A DNA stretch of 64,000 nucleotides, from positions 9,322 through 73,321 of the forward strand of contig JAHFDK010000008.1 in assembly GCA_023249095.1 (NCBI GenBank). The letters run 5' to 3'. Source of the stretch: Candidatus Rokuibacteriota bacterium (lineage in GTDB: Bacteria > Methylomirabilota > Methylomirabilia > Rokubacteriales > CSP1-6). Below the pieces are notes generated by a model. It saw nothing but the letters and a program-made list of their open reading frames with translations. It ran no database searches and had not been told where the DNA came from. The position numbers were made by a program, and so were the translations under genes. Below, one piece after another: positions 1 through 15,460 of the stretch; within the stretch, counting starts at the first letter, position 1, and each line of letters starts with the position of its first letter.

Positions 1-480
1 GACCCGCACTATCTCTCGTGGAAGGTGCGGCTCGAGGGGTACGAGCCGCGCTTCATCACGTTCGCGGACGAGATCAACCGCCGGATGCCCGCGTACGTCG
101 TGCAGATGGTCGCCGACGCGCTGAACGATCGGAGCCGCGCGCTCCGCGGCGCGCGCATCCTCGTGCTCGGCGTCGCCTACAAGGCCGGCGTCGCCGACGT
201 GCGCGACTCGCCCGCGCTCGAGATCATCGAAGGCCTTCTCGCCAAGGGTGCGGTGGTCGTGTACCACGACCCGTACGTGCCGGCGGTGACGGTCGGCGCC
301 GTCACCCTCGAATCACTTCCTTGGGACGACGCCGGGCTCGCGTCGCGCGACGTCGTGCTGATCCTCACGGCGCACGCCGGCTCCGACTGGTCGCTGATCG
401 TCCGCGAGGCACCCCTCGTGATCGACACCCGCAACGCGACCGGCGGCCTGCCACCCTCCCCCCACGTCATCCGCCTCTAG
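1..480 (+). CDS. Nucleotide-sugar dehydrogenase (UDP-GlcNAc/UDP-ManNAc dehydrogenase family), C-terminal part; truncated by the window edge
   Basis: Frame 1 reads DPHYLSWK..RFI.FADEIN and LGVAYKAGVADVRDSP, ending in VIDTRN, typical of the family C-terminus. Confidence 0.9.
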   Translation, partial: DPHYLSWKVRLEGYEPRFITFADEINRRMPAYVVQMVADALNDRSRALRGARILVLGVAYKAGVADVRDSPALEIIEGLLAKGAVVVYHDPYVPAVTVGAVTLESLPWDDAGLASRDVVLILTAHAGSDWSLIVREAPLVIDTRNATGGLPPSPHVIRL

Positions 481-667
481 GGTGCGAGGCCGAGCGGATT
501 GAATTCGCGAACGCTTGAACCGTCGCCGGCGGGCCGCCGCGCGTCCAGATGGAGCCCAGCCGCCGAGGAGCAGCGCACGGGTGCCGCGTGGTCCAGTCGA
601 CCCCTCGGGCACCCGCCCGCCGCCCGGCGATCGCCAGAATGATTCGACCGATGCACGGTTAGCCGCG

Positions 668-1552
668 ATGGCGATGCTCACGGCGATCGTGGTCTCGATG
701 CGCCCGCGACAGTGGGTGAAGAACCTGTTCGTCCTCGCGGGGCTGGTCTTCTCGCAGCGGCTGTTCACGGGCGCCGTGTGGACGGCGCTGGCGGCGTTCG
801 CGATCTTCTGCGCGCTGTCCGGGGCCATCTACCTGTTCAACGACATCGCCGATCGAGAGCGAGACCGCCTGGATCCGCGCAAGCGCGTCCGGCCGATCGC
901 CGCCGGCCGGCTCCGCGTCGGGGTCGCCGTCGCGGCGGCGGCCGCGCTCGTCGCGGCGGGCCTCGCGCTGGCCGCGCTGCTCTCGCGCCCGTTCCTGGTC
1001 ACGGCCCTCGCGTACGTCGTCCTGCTCGTCGCCTACTCGGCCTGGCTCAAGCACGTCGTCATCGTGGACGTGCTCGTCGTCGCCGGCGGGTTCGTGCTGC
1101 GCGCCGTCGCGGGCGCGGTCGTCATCGACGTCGAGATGTCGGGCTGGCTCCTGATCTGCACGATCTTGCTCGCGCTGTTCCTGGCCCTCGGCAAGCGGCG
1201 CTACGAGTACCTGGCGCTGGACCAGGACGCGGCCCGCCACCGCCCGATCCTCGCCGAGTACAGCCCGGCGCTGCTCGATCAGATGATCGCCGTCGTGACC
1301 GCGTCCACGGTGACGGCCTACGCGCTCTACACGATGTCGCCCGAGACCGTGGCGAAGTTCCACACGCACCTGCTGCCGGCGACCCTTCCCTTCGTGCTCT
1401 ACGGGATCTTCCGGTACCTCTACTTGCTGTACCGGCGGCAGCTCGGAGGCAACCCGTCGGAGCTCCTCCTCAGCGACAAGGCGCTCCTGATCAACACGCT
1501 CGGCTGGATTTTCGCAGTGTTGCTGATCATCTACGGCGCACGGCTGGAGTAG
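668..1552 (+). CDS. UbiA-family prenyltransferase, decaprenyl-phosphate phosphoribosyltransferase type
   Basis: MRPRQWVKN, YLFNDIADRERDRLDPRKRVRPIAAG, KRRYE motifs; multiple TM helices; start moved from 515 to ATG 668 (674 also possible). Confidence 0.85.
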   Translation: MAMLTAIVVSMRPRQWVKNLFVLAGLVFSQRLFTGAVWTALAAFAIFCALSGAIYLFNDIADRERDRLDPRKRVRPIAAGRLRVGVAVAAAAALVAAGLALAALLSRPFLVTALAYVVLLVAYSAWLKHVVIVDVLVVAGGFVLRAVAGAVVIDVEMSGWLLICTILLALFLALGKRRYEYLALDQDAARHRPILAEYSPALLDQMIAVVTASTVTAYALYTMSPETVAKFHTHLLPATLPFVLYGIFRYLYLLYRRQLGGNPSELLLSDKALLINTLGWIFAVLLIIYGARLE

Positions 1553-1565
1553 AATAAACAGCGTC

Positions 1566-2642
1566 ATGCATAGTGCGGTGGCGCTCCTTCGTACGCACCC
1601 GGAGACCGTCGTCGAGGACTACGGGCGCCTGATGCGTCTGGTGAAGTACGACCAGGGGCTCCGCCGCGACCAGGACCTGATCCTCAAGCTCAATCTCTCG
1701 TGGACCAAGTACTTTCCGGCGTGCTCAAGCCAGCCCTGGCAGGTCGACGGCGTGCTGACGACGCTGCTCGAAGACGGCTACGACCGCCGGCGGCTCTTTC
1801 CCGTCGAGAACAAGACCGTGGTCACGGACCCGATCGCCGGATGCCGGAACAACAAGTGGCGTCCGGTGCTCGAGCGTCACGGCGTGCCGTTCATCCCGCT
1901 GCCTGGCGTCGAGTGGACCGTCTATAAGTTCCAGTCGCCGCTGCTCAAGCTGAACGCGATCTTCCCCGAGGGCATCGAGATCCCGAAGATGTACGTCGGG
2001 AAAAACGTGCTCCACCTTCCCACCTGCAAGGTCCACGGACATTCCCGCACGACCGGCGCGATCAAAAACGCGTTCGGTGGCCTGTTAAAGGAAGTGCGCC
2101 ACTACGCGCACGAGTTCATCCACGAGGTGATGGTCGACCTCATGTACATGCAGCGGGAGCTGCACCCCGCGGTGTTCGCCGTGATGGATGGCACGGTGAT
2201 GGGCGACGGTGCGGGGCCACGAACAATGGTGCCGCGTCTCGGGAACCTCATCCTGGCTTCGGCGGATCAAGTGGCGATCGACGCGATCGCGGCGCGGATC
2301 ATGGGGTTCGATCCCCTGGCGATCCCGTATCTCCGGATGTGCCAGGAGCGTGGGCTCGGCGTGGCGGACCCGAAGCGGATCGAGATCGTCGGCGACACGG
2401 ACGCGGCGTCGATCTCGATGGGCTTCAAGACGAGGCGTAGCCTCGTGATCTGGGGCGATCAGCTGATCCGGCGCGGGCCGCTGCGGCCGCTCAAGCGGCT
2501 CTTGCTCCACTCGCCCCTGGTGGTCTGGGCCCCGTTCGCCTCGAACGTCTACCACGACCTCCTCTGGTATCCGACGATCGGCCGGGCGCGCATCCGGACC
2601 TTCGCGCGCACCCCCTGGGGCCGGCTGTTCGAGACGTACTGA
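1566..2642 (+). CDS. DUF362 domain-containing protein
   Basis: LKLNLSW, LPTCKVHGHSRTTGAIKNAFG, DGT..GDGAGP, DQVAID motifs. Confidence 0.8.
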   Translation: MHSAVALLRTHPETVVEDYGRLMRLVKYDQGLRRDQDLILKLNLSWTKYFPACSSQPWQVDGVLTTLLEDGYDRRRLFPVENKTVVTDPIAGCRNNKWRPVLERHGVPFIPLPGVEWTVYKFQSPLLKLNAIFPEGIEIPKMYVGKNVLHLPTCKVHGHSRTTGAIKNAFGGLLKEVRHYAHEFIHEVMVDLMYMQRELHPAVFAVMDGTVMGDGAGPRTMVPRLGNLILASADQVAIDAIAARIMGFDPLAIPYLRMCQERGLGVADPKRIEIVGDTDAASISMGFKTRRSLVIWGDQLIRRGPLRPLKRLLLHSPLVVWAPFASNVYHDLLWYPTIGRARIRTFARTPWGRLFETY

Positions 2643-2643
2643 G

Positions 2644-4056
2644 ATGGCCTCGCCGGTCCGCGTACGATTCGCGCCGAGCCCGACCGGCCACCTCCACGTC
2701 GGCGGCGCGCGCACCGCGCTCTTCAACTGGCTGTTTGCCCGCCACCACCGCGGCGCCTTTGTCCTCCGCATCGAGGACACGGACCGCTCGCGCTCGACCG
2801 ACGAGAACATCGTCGCGATCGTCGACGCACTCCAGTGGCTCGGTCTCGACTGGGACGAGGGGCCGCCGACGCCGGGCTATCGTCAGACCGAGCGGTTCGC
2901 GATCTACCGCGAGCACGCCCAGCGGCTCCTCGCCTCCGGACGGGCCTACTACTGCGACTGCCCGCCCGAGCTTCTCGATCGCGAGCGGGGGGTCGCCCAG
3001 CAGCGGGGCGAGACGTTCCGGTATTCCGGACGCTGTCGCGACCGGGGCCTCGGTGCCGGCGCGCTACGCCTCCGGATTCCCACCGCGGGCGCCACGGTGG
3101 TGAACGATCTCATCCACGGGCCGGTCACGTTCGAGCACAGCCAGCTCGACGACTGGATCCTTGTCCGCACGGACGGAACGCCCACGTACAACTTCTGCGT
3201 CGTCGTCGACGACGTCACGATGAGCATCACCCACGTCATTCGCGGCGACGACCATCTGTCGAACACTCCCAAGCAGATCCTCTGTTACGAAGCGCTCGAC
3301 TACGCCGTCCCCGAGTTCGCCCACGTGTCGCTGATCCTGGGCAAGGATCGAAGCCGCCTCTCGAAGCGTCACGGCGCCACGTCCGTCCAGGCCTTCCGCG
3401 ATTCGGGCATCCCCGCCGACGCGCTGGTGAACTACCTGGCGCGGCTCGGCTGGTCGCACGGCGACCAGGAGGTGTTCTCCCGCGCCGAGCTCGTCGAGCT
3501 CTTCGACATCAAGAACGTCGCCTCGTCCGGCGCGGTCTTCGACGCGACCAAGCTCGAGTGGCTCTCGCAACTCTATCTGAAGACGATGGACGGTGCGCGG
3601 CTGGCGGAGCTGGCCGAGCCGTTCGTCAGGGCGGTTGGACTCACGCCGCCACCCGATCGCCCCCGGTTCATCGCGATGCTCGACACGCTTCGGGAGCGTG
3701 CGAAGACCCTGGTCGAGCTGGTCGAGCAGGGGCGGTTCTACTTCGAGCGCCCCGCGGCGTACGAGGCGAAAGCCGCGCAGACGCTCCTGACGGTCGAGGG
3801 CGCTCGGCGCCTCGGACTCGTGATCGCGCGGCTCGAGGGGGCGCCCGAGTTCACGGTGGCGGCGATCGAGCGCGTCTTCCGGGCGCTCACCGAGGAGCTC
3901 GGGCTCAAGCTCGTCGACCTCGCGCAGCTCGCGCGCCTCGCGGCGACCGGCCGCACGGCGTCGCCGCCCATCTTCGACGTGCTGGCCCTGGTCGGGCGCG
4001 AGGAGTCGCTGGTGCGCCTGCGCCGCGCGCGCGAGGCCGCGGAGCGGACGGCGTGA
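2644..4056 (+). CDS. gltX: Glutamate--tRNA ligase
   Basis: RFAPSPTGHLHVGGAR (HIGH), LRIEDTD, LSKRHG (KMSKS). Confidence 0.97.
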   Translation: MASPVRVRFAPSPTGHLHVGGARTALFNWLFARHHRGAFVLRIEDTDRSRSTDENIVAIVDALQWLGLDWDEGPPTPGYRQTERFAIYREHAQRLLASGRAYYCDCPPELLDRERGVAQQRGETFRYSGRCRDRGLGAGALRLRIPTAGATVVNDLIHGPVTFEHSQLDDWILVRTDGTPTYNFCVVVDDVTMSITHVIRGDDHLSNTPKQILCYEALDYAVPEFAHVSLILGKDRSRLSKRHGATSVQAFRDSGIPADALVNYLARLGWSHGDQEVFSRAELVELFDIKNVASSGAVFDATKLEWLSQLYLKTMDGARLAELAEPFVRAVGLTPPPDRPRFIAMLDTLRERAKTLVELVEQGRFYFERPAAYEAKAAQTLLTVEGARRLGLVIARLEGAPEFTVAAIERVFRALTEELGLKLVDLAQLARLAATGRTASPPIFDVLALVGREESLVRLRRAREAAERTA

Positions 4057-4840
4057 GGCTCCTGCTCGCGCGCCACGGGCAGTCGGTGTGGAACCAGGTG
4101 CGGAAGTTCCAGGGCACCAACGACGTCGGCCTCTCCGACCTCGGGCGCGCGCAGGCCGAGGCGCTCGGGCGTGCCCTCCGCGGCGGCTATCGCGTCGCGG
4201 CCGCGTACGTGAGCCCGATGCGCCGGGCCATGGACACGGCGGAGATCGCGCTGGCCGGGACCGGGATCCCGCTGGTGCCCATCCCCGAGCTGCGCGAGCT
4301 GTCACTCGGCGAATGGGAGGGCTGCACGGTCGACGAGATCCGAGCGCGCGAGGGCAATCCGTACCTCGCATGGGTCCGGTCACCGCTGGATTGCCCGCCG
4401 CCCGGCGGCGAGCCGCTGCCGGACGTCTGCGCCCGCGTTCTGCACGCGATCGGACGGATCGGCGCGGACCATCGAAACGGGGATGATGTCCTCGTCGTCG
4501 CGCATGGCGGGGTGATCAGCGTGTATCTCTGCCACTTGCTCGGCGTCTCGTTCAACGCGCTCTGGCGAATGCGGATCGACAACGCCTCGCTGACGATCGC
4601 CCGGCCGCCGCGCCTGGTGTCGGTCAACGACACGACGCACTTACCGCCTACGCCTCGCACCATGTGGTTTGACGTCTCGGGGGCCGGGGGCGGCCCGGGG
4701 GGTGCGTCCCCCTCGACCCGTGTCGTCAGGACTGACCCGATCACCGCGCGTCCGACACAGACGCCGCCGGTTGCAGCTGGCGTGGTCGAGGGGGACGCAC
4801 CCCCCGGGCCGCCCCCGGCCCCCGAGACGGAGAGAGTTCC

Positions 4841-4844
<4 letters not shown>
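4053..4844 (+). CDS. Histidine phosphatase (phosphoglycerate mutase-like) with a C-terminal extension encoded by a palindromic element
   Basis: GTG overlaps the gltX stop (GTGA); LARHGQS, LRELSLGEWEG, VAHGGVI, NDTTHL. Confidence 0.9.
4673..4829. repeat. Palindromic element A: perfect 46-bp inverted repeat (4673-4718 / 4784-4829) with a 65-nt loop
   Basis: Arms checked base by base; the loop read on the minus strand carries variants of the boxes found in elements B and C. Confidence 0.95.
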
Positions 4845-9934
<5,090 letters not shown>

Positions 9935-10151
9935 CTGCCGATCGAAGCCGGGGATCCACCGCCGACAGGCGCCCCGGGCCGACTGCGGCCCGGAGCCCCG
10001 GGTGGACCGCCGACCGGAACCCCAGACCGACCGCCGATCGGAGCCCCGGGTCGCCTGCGGATCGGAGCCCCGGGTCGCCTGCGGACCGGAGCCGGGCCGC
10101 GCCTATCTCAGGCCACCCTCGGTCCGATCCGGGCTCAAGGACCCCGCTCCA

Positions 10152-12707
10152 ATGAAACGCTTGTTCGTCATGGACGGCCACTCGCACCTGTTCCGCGCCT
10201 ACCACGCGGTCGGGTACCTATCGACGTCCAAAGGGGTGCCGAGCCATGCCGTGCTGATCCTCAGCACCATGCTGTGGAAGCTGATCCGCGAGGAGCAGCC
10301 CGACTACCTGGCGATCGCCTGGGACCCGCCGGGCCCGACCTTCCGGGACGCCCTGTCGGCGGACTACAAGGCGACGCGCAGCGCGATGCCCGACGATCTG
10401 GTCCGCCAACTCCCGTACGTGCGGCGGCTCTTCGAAGCGCTCCGCACGCCGGTGCTCGAGGTTCCGGGGTTCGAGGCGGACGACGTCCTGGCCACCGTGG
10501 CCGATCGTGCGCTCGCCACCCCGGAGCTGGAGATCGTGGTCGTGAGCGGCGACAAGGACCTCCTCCAGCTCGTCGGCCCCCGGGTGCGCGTGCTGAGCGT
10601 CTCGGGGCGCACCGGCGAGCCCATCCTCTACGACGAGGCGAAGGTGCGCGAGCGCTGGGGAGTCGAGCCCGGGCAGATCGCCGACGTCCTCGCGCTGATG
10701 GGCGATGCCATCGACAATATCAAGGGCGTCCGCGGCGTCGGCGAGAAGACCGCGGTGAAGCTCATCGGCCAATTCGGCTCGGTCGAGCGCCTCTACGAGA
10801 ATCTCACGCTCGTCCCCGGCAAGCTCCGCGAGACGCTCGCCGCCGGCCGGAAAGACGCGCTCCTCTCGCGCGAGCTGGCGCTCCTCAACCGTCACGTGCC
10901 CGTCGCGCTCGATCTCGACGCGTTTCGCCGCGTGGAGCCCGACTGGGGCAAGCTGCGCGCGCTCTGGATGGAGATGGAGTTCTCGCGGCTCGTGAAGGAG
11001 CTGCCGCCGCCACCACCGCCGGCGGCTCCCGAGCCCTCGAAGCTCCTGGAGGGACCGGCCGCGATCGCCGCGTGGCTCGGGGGCGTGCCGGCCGGAGCGC
11101 CGCTGGCGCTCGACTGGGCCGGCGAGTCGCCGCCGCCGGTGCCGCGCATCGCCAGCCTCACCGTGTTCCACCCGGCCGCCGGTGCGGCCGAGATCGGAGC
11201 CGGCGAGGCCCCTGAGTCGCTCGGCGCGCGCGAGCTGATCGTGCACGACTCGAAGCCTCTGATCGAATCCTGGCTCGCCCGCGGTGTCGCTCCGCCCCCG
11301 GTCCACGACTCGGCCGTCGCGGCCTACCTGCTCAACTCGGCCCGCCAGAGCTACCGGCTCGAGCAGGTCTGCATGGACGCGTTCGGCGACTGCCCGCCCG
11401 CGGCCGATCCCGCGCGCGCTCTCGGCGTGCGCGCCACGTTCGTCTGGCGCTACTGGGAGCACGCGGCCGCCGAGCTCAGAGCCCGCGAGCTCTGGACGAT
11501 CTACGAGGAGATCGAACGCCCGCTCGTCCCGGTGCTGGCGCTCATGGAGCGCCACGGCATCCGCGTCGACCCCGGGCGCCTCGAAGCGTTCGCGAAGGAG
11601 CTCGAGCGCAACCTCGACAATCTCACGCGCGAGATTCATCAGCTCGCCGGCGGAGAGTTCACCATCGCCTCGCCCAAGCAGCTGGCGCAGGTCCTCTTCG
11701 AGAAGCTCAAGCTGCCCCCCATCCGGCGGACGAAGACGGGTTACTCCACGGACGCTGACGTGCTGACCGAGCTGGCGGTCGGGCACCCGCTGCCGGCGAA
11801 GGTCCTCGAGCACCGGAGCCTGGCGAAGCTCAAGGGCACGTACGCGGACACGCTGCCCGGGCTCGTCAACCAACGCACGGGCCGGATCCACACGACGTTC
11901 AACCAGCTGGTGGCGGCGACCGGGCGGCTCAGCTCGCAGGACCCGAACCTCATGAACATCCCGATCCGGACCGAGCTCGGCCGCCGGATCCGTCAGGCGT
12001 TCATTCCCGAGGCGGGGTGGCGATTCGTCGCCGCCGACTATTCGCAGATCGAGCTGCGGATCCTCGCGCACCTCTCGGAGGAGCCGGCGCTGATCGAGTC
12101 GTTCGGGCGCGGCGAGGACATCCACACGCGGACGGCCTCGGAGGTGTTCCATATACCAGCGTCCGCGGTCACGTCGCTCCAGCGCACGATCGCCAAGAGC
12201 GCCAACTACGCGATCCTCTACGGCGTCTCCGCGTTCGGCCTGTCGCAGGCGACGCGGATCGACCAGAAGGAGGCGCAGCGGTACATCAGCGACTACTTCG
12301 CGAGTCATCCGCGCGTGCGGGCCTTCATCGACCGGACCCTCGCCGAGGGGCGCGAGCGCGGCCACGTGAGCACCCTCCTCGGGCGGCGCCGCTACCTGCC
12401 GGACCTCACGAGCGGCAACCCGGTCGCCCGCAACGCCGCCGAGCGCATGGCGATGAACGCGCCCGTCCAGGGCACGGCCAGCGACATGATCAAGATCGCG
12501 ATGGTGCGCGTGCAGGCAGCGCTCGTCGCGCGCGGGCTGCGCGCTCGGATGCTGCTGCAGGTCCACGACGAGCTCCTCTTCGAGGCCCCGCCGGACGAAG
12601 TCGCCGCGGTCGAGGCGCTCGCCCGAGAGATCATGGCGTCGGCCCTGCCGCTGAAGGTTCCCGTCGTGGTCGACGTGAAGACGGGCGACGACTGGGCGGA
12701 GGTATGA
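10152..12707 (+). CDS. polA: DNA polymerase I
   Basis: MDGHSHLFRAYH 5'-3' exonuclease, EADD, DYSQIELR, LQVHDEL; ATG 10152. Confidence 0.97.
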   Translation: MKRLFVMDGHSHLFRAYHAVGYLSTSKGVPSHAVLILSTMLWKLIREEQPDYLAIAWDPPGPTFRDALSADYKATRSAMPDDLVRQLPYVRRLFEALRTPVLEVPGFEADDVLATVADRALATPELEIVVVSGDKDLLQLVGPRVRVLSVSGRTGEPILYDEAKVRERWGVEPGQIADVLALMGDAIDNIKGVRGVGEKTAVKLIGQFGSVERLYENLTLVPGKLRETLAAGRKDALLSRELALLNRHVPVALDLDAFRRVEPDWGKLRALWMEMEFSRLVKELPPPPPPAAPEPSKLLEGPAAIAAWLGGVPAGAPLALDWAGESPPPVPRIASLTVFHPAAGAAEIGAGEAPESLGARELIVHDSKPLIESWLARGVAPPPVHDSAVAAYLLNSARQSYRLEQVCMDAFGDCPPAADPARALGVRATFVWRYWEHAAAELRARELWTIYEEIERPLVPVLALMERHGIRVDPGRLEAFAKELERNLDNLTREIHQLAGGEFTIASPKQLAQVLFEKLKLPPIRRTKTGYSTDADVLTELAVGHPLPAKVLEHRSLAKLKGTYADTLPGLVNQRTGRIHTTFNQLVAATGRLSSQDPNLMNIPIRTELGRRIRQAFIPEAGWRFVAADYSQIELRILAHLSEEPALIESFGRGEDIHTRTASEVFHIPASAVTSLQRTIAKSANYAILYGVSAFGLSQATRIDQKEAQRYISDYFASHPRVRAFIDRTLAEGRERGHVSTLLGRRRYLPDLTSGNPVARNAAERMAMNAPVQGTASDMIKIAMVRVQAALVARGLRARMLLQVHDELLFEAPPDEVAAVEALAREIMASALPLKVPVVVDVKTGDDWAEV

Positions 12708-13342
12708 GCGCCCCGCGGAGGTTTCTGCTCGTTGGACTCACCGGCGGCATCGCGACGGGGAAGAGCACGGTCTCGGAGATCCTCCGGCAGCTCGGCTGCG
12801 AGATCATCGACGCCGATCGACTCGCCCGTGACGTGGTCGAGCTGGAGCAGCCGGCCTGGAAGCAGATCGTGGCGGAGTTCGGCGGTGGCATCGTGACCGC
12901 CGAGGGCGCGCTGGATCGGAAGAAGCTCGGCGCGATCGTCTTCGCCGATCCCGAACGGCGCAAGCGGCTCGAGGCGATCACCCATCCCGCGATCCGCGCC
13001 CGGTTCCAGGCGCGTCTCGACGAGCTGGCCGCGCAGGGGTTCGCGGGCATCGCGGTCTTCGACGCGCCAGTGATGATCGAGAGCGGCAACTACAAGAATA
13101 TGGACCGCCTCGTTGTCGTCGTCACGGACGACGCGACCCAGGCGGCGCGGCTCCAGGAACGCGACGGCACCCACGAGGCGGAGGGCCGGCGGAAGATCGC
13201 CAGCCAGATGCCGCTTGCCGAGAAAGCCAAGCTGGCGGACTACGTCATCGACAATTCCGGCGATCGCGACGCCACCGCCGCCGAGGTGCGGCGCGTGTTC
13301 GCGGCGCTCATGGCCGACCTCAAGGCGCGCGCGGCGGTGTAG
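12704..13342 (+). CDS. coaE: Dephospho-CoA kinase
   Basis: GLTGGIATGKSTV, LEAITHP, IASQMP; ATGA overlap with polA. Confidence 0.95.
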   Translation: MSAPRRFLLVGLTGGIATGKSTVSEILRQLGCEIIDADRLARDVVELEQPAWKQIVAEFGGGIVTAEGALDRKKLGAIVFADPERRKRLEAITHPAIRARFQARLDELAAQGFAGIAVFDAPVMIESGNYKNMDRLVVVVTDDATQAARLQERDGTHEAEGRRKIASQMPLAEKAKLADYVIDNSGDRDATAAEVRRVFAALMADLKARAAV

Positions 13343-13358
13343 GGGATCGGGACGGATC

Positions 13359-14180
13359 ATGACGAAGCGTCAGGCGCTCGGCCAGCACTTTCTCCGCGAT
13401 GGGGCGATTGCCCGCGAGATCGTGGATCTCGTCAGGCCGACATCGCACGACCTCGTCGTCGAGATCGGGCCGGGGGAGGGTGCGCTGACCGGGATTCTGG
13501 CCGGCCGCGCCGGGCGGGTCATCGCGCTCGAGATCGATCCGACCCTCGGCGGGGCGCTGCGGGCGCGCCTTCCCACGGTCGAAGTTCTCGACGCCGACGC
13601 GCGGACGTGGGACTACACAAGCCTCGCGGCGCCCGCTGGCGGGCGCGTGCTGATCGTCGGCAACCTGCCCTACAGCGTCGGCAAACCGATCCTCATGGCG
13701 CTGATCGGGGCCCGCGCCGCGATTCACGAGATGGCCCTGATGCTCCAGCGCGAGGTCGCCGAGCGCGTCGCGGCCCCGCCCGGGGGCAAGACCTACGGAA
13801 GCCTCTCCATATTTACCCAGCTCCACTGCGACGTGCGCGTGGCGCTTCGCGTGCCCCCCGGCGCCTTTCGCCCGCCCCCGAAAGTGGAGTCGGCGGTGCT
13901 GCATCTGCGCATGCTGCGCGAGCCGCGTGTTCCGCTGGCCGACGCGCGGCGCTTCGAGACCGTCGTCCGGGCGGCGTTTGCCCAGCGGCGGAAGATGCTG
14001 GCGAACGCGCTGGGGGCGGGGCTCGGTCTTCCCCTGGATGTCGTTCGCCGGGCGGCGACCGGGGCCGGAGTGGACCCGGCGCGGCGGGCCGAGACGCTCA
14101 CCCTTGCCGAGTTCGCGGAGCTGACGGCCCGGCTCGAGGCCACGAGGGCCGCGACGTCCGGAAATCCTTACCGTAGTTGA
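13359..14180 (+). CDS. rsmA: 16S rRNA m6,2A dimethyltransferase
   Basis: LGQHFL, EIGPGEGALT, GNLPY, MLQREVAER, FRPPPKVES. Confidence 0.95.
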   Translation: MTKRQALGQHFLRDGAIAREIVDLVRPTSHDLVVEIGPGEGALTGILAGRAGRVIALEIDPTLGGALRARLPTVEVLDADARTWDYTSLAAPAGGRVLIVGNLPYSVGKPILMALIGARAAIHEMALMLQREVAERVAAPPGGKTYGSLSIFTQLHCDVRVALRVPPGAFRPPPKVESAVLHLRMLREPRVPLADARRFETVVRAAFAQRRKMLANALGAGLGLPLDVVRRAATGAGVDPARRAETLTLAEFAELTARLEATRAATSGNPYRS

Positions 14181-15460
14181 ATTTGCGGCCCTGGCCCGTC
14201 CTCGTTATGATGGATGCAATGCAGACGCGCTTCGTGATGGCGACGGTGCTGCTCACGGCAAGCCTGACCGGGCTCGCGGTGTCCGCGTATCTCTATGTGT
14301 GGCCCGGCGCGGCTCGCGCGCCCAGATGGCTTCCGGCGCCGGTGCCCGAAGCCATCGTCCTGCGCCCCATGTTTCCGATCACGACCCGCGGAGTCGAGGT
14401 GAGGCGGGGGGACACACTCGCGCGCACGCTCGCGCGCGGAGGTATCGAGGCCCGCGCCGCCAACGAGCTCGCCGGACAGTTCGGGAGAAACGGCGCGGAC
14501 CTCCGGAAACTCCGGCCAGGCGCCGCGGTCGAGATCGTCTCGAATTTCCGGAACGAGCCCATCCTCATCCGCTACGAGGCGAGCCCGTGGCTGTCGTTCG
14601 CCGCCCGCGCCGTGCGCGGCGGCTGGCAGGTGGGCCGTGCCGAGACCGTTCCCGACGTTCGGGTGGAGGCGGTAAGCGGCGTGGTGCAGCGCTCACTCTT
14701 CGATGCGGTCGAGCGGACCGGCGAGTCGGCCCGGCTCGTGCTCGAGCTGGTCGAGATTTTCTCCTCGGACTTCGACTTCACCGCCGACACGCGCGCCGGG
14801 GACCGCTTTCGTCTTCTGGTCGAGAAGCGCTACGCGGGCGACGACTTCGTCGACTACGGCCGGATCCTCGTCGCCCAATACGCGAGCGGGGGCAAGACGC
14901 TCACCGGCGTCGGGCTCGAGCGGGCGTCGCGCTACGGACACTACGACCTGGCCGGCCAGTCGCTCCGGAAGAGCTTCCTCAAGTCGCCGCTCGAGTTCTC
15001 ACGCGTCACCTCGGGCTTCACCTACGCGCGGCCGCACCCGATCCTCGGCGGGGTGCGTCCCCATCTCGCGATCGACTACGGAGCGCCGGTCGGCACGCCG
15101 GTGCGCGCCGTCGCGGACGGCGTCGTCGTCCATGCCGGATGGAACGGTGGCAACGGCATCCAGGTCCATCTCAGGCATCGGTCGGGCTACGAGACCCAGT
15201 ACAACCATCTCTCCCGGATCAGCGAAGGGCTTCGACCCGGTGTGCGCGTCCGGCAGAAGCAGATCATCGGCAATGTCGGTGCCACCGGGCTCGCGACGGG
15301 GCCCCACCTCGACTACCGCGTCGCGCGCAACGGCACGTTCGTGAACCCGCTCGGTGAGAGGTTCATCCCCGGCGAGCCGATCCCGGCGACGGCCCGTCCC
15401 GACTTCCAGCGCCACGCGCGGGAGCTCCTCGCGCGCCTCGAGGCCACGGCTCCGTTTTAG
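14177..15460 (+). CDS. M23 family peptidoglycan DD-metalloendopeptidase (MepM-like)
   Basis: N-terminal TM helix; HPILG, HLAIDY, YNHL, TGPHLDY zinc motifs; start could be ATG 14207-14219. Confidence 0.9.
   Translation: MNLRPWPVLVMMDAMQTRFVMATVLLTASLTGLAVSAYLYVWPGAARAPRWLPAPVPEAIVLRPMFPITTRGVEVRRGDTLARTLARGGIEARAANELAGQFGRNGADLRKLRPGAAVEIVSNFRNEPILIRYEASPWLSFAARAVRGGWQVGRAETVPDVRVEAVSGVVQRSLFDAVERTGESARLVLELVEIFSSDFDFTADTRAGDRFRLLVEKRYAGDDFVDYGRILVAQYASGGKTLTGVGLERASRYGHYDLAGQSLRKSFLKSPLEFSRVTSGFTYARPHPILGGVRPHLAIDYGAPVGTPVRAVADGVVVHAGWNGGNGIQVHLRHRSGYETQYNHLSRISEGLRPGVRVRQKQIIGNVGATGLATGPHLDYRVARNGTFVNPLGERFIPGEPIPATARPDFQRHARELLARLEATAPF

Noticed and set aside
481..667. Riboswitch or fourth palindromic element upstream of ubiA
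   Set aside because: Only short GC stems; it lacks the conserved boxes and any motif I recognise
2835..4052. 669-aa ORF suggesting a long phosphatase fusion
   Set aside because: The upstream part is the alternate frame of gltX; the real gene starts at GTG 4053
10218..12566. Long antisense and alternate-frame ORFs (also 17457-19508, 29527-31404, 39787-41700 and others)
   Set aside because: Shadow ORFs of high-GC coding sequence; Arg/Gly/Ala-rich with no motifs
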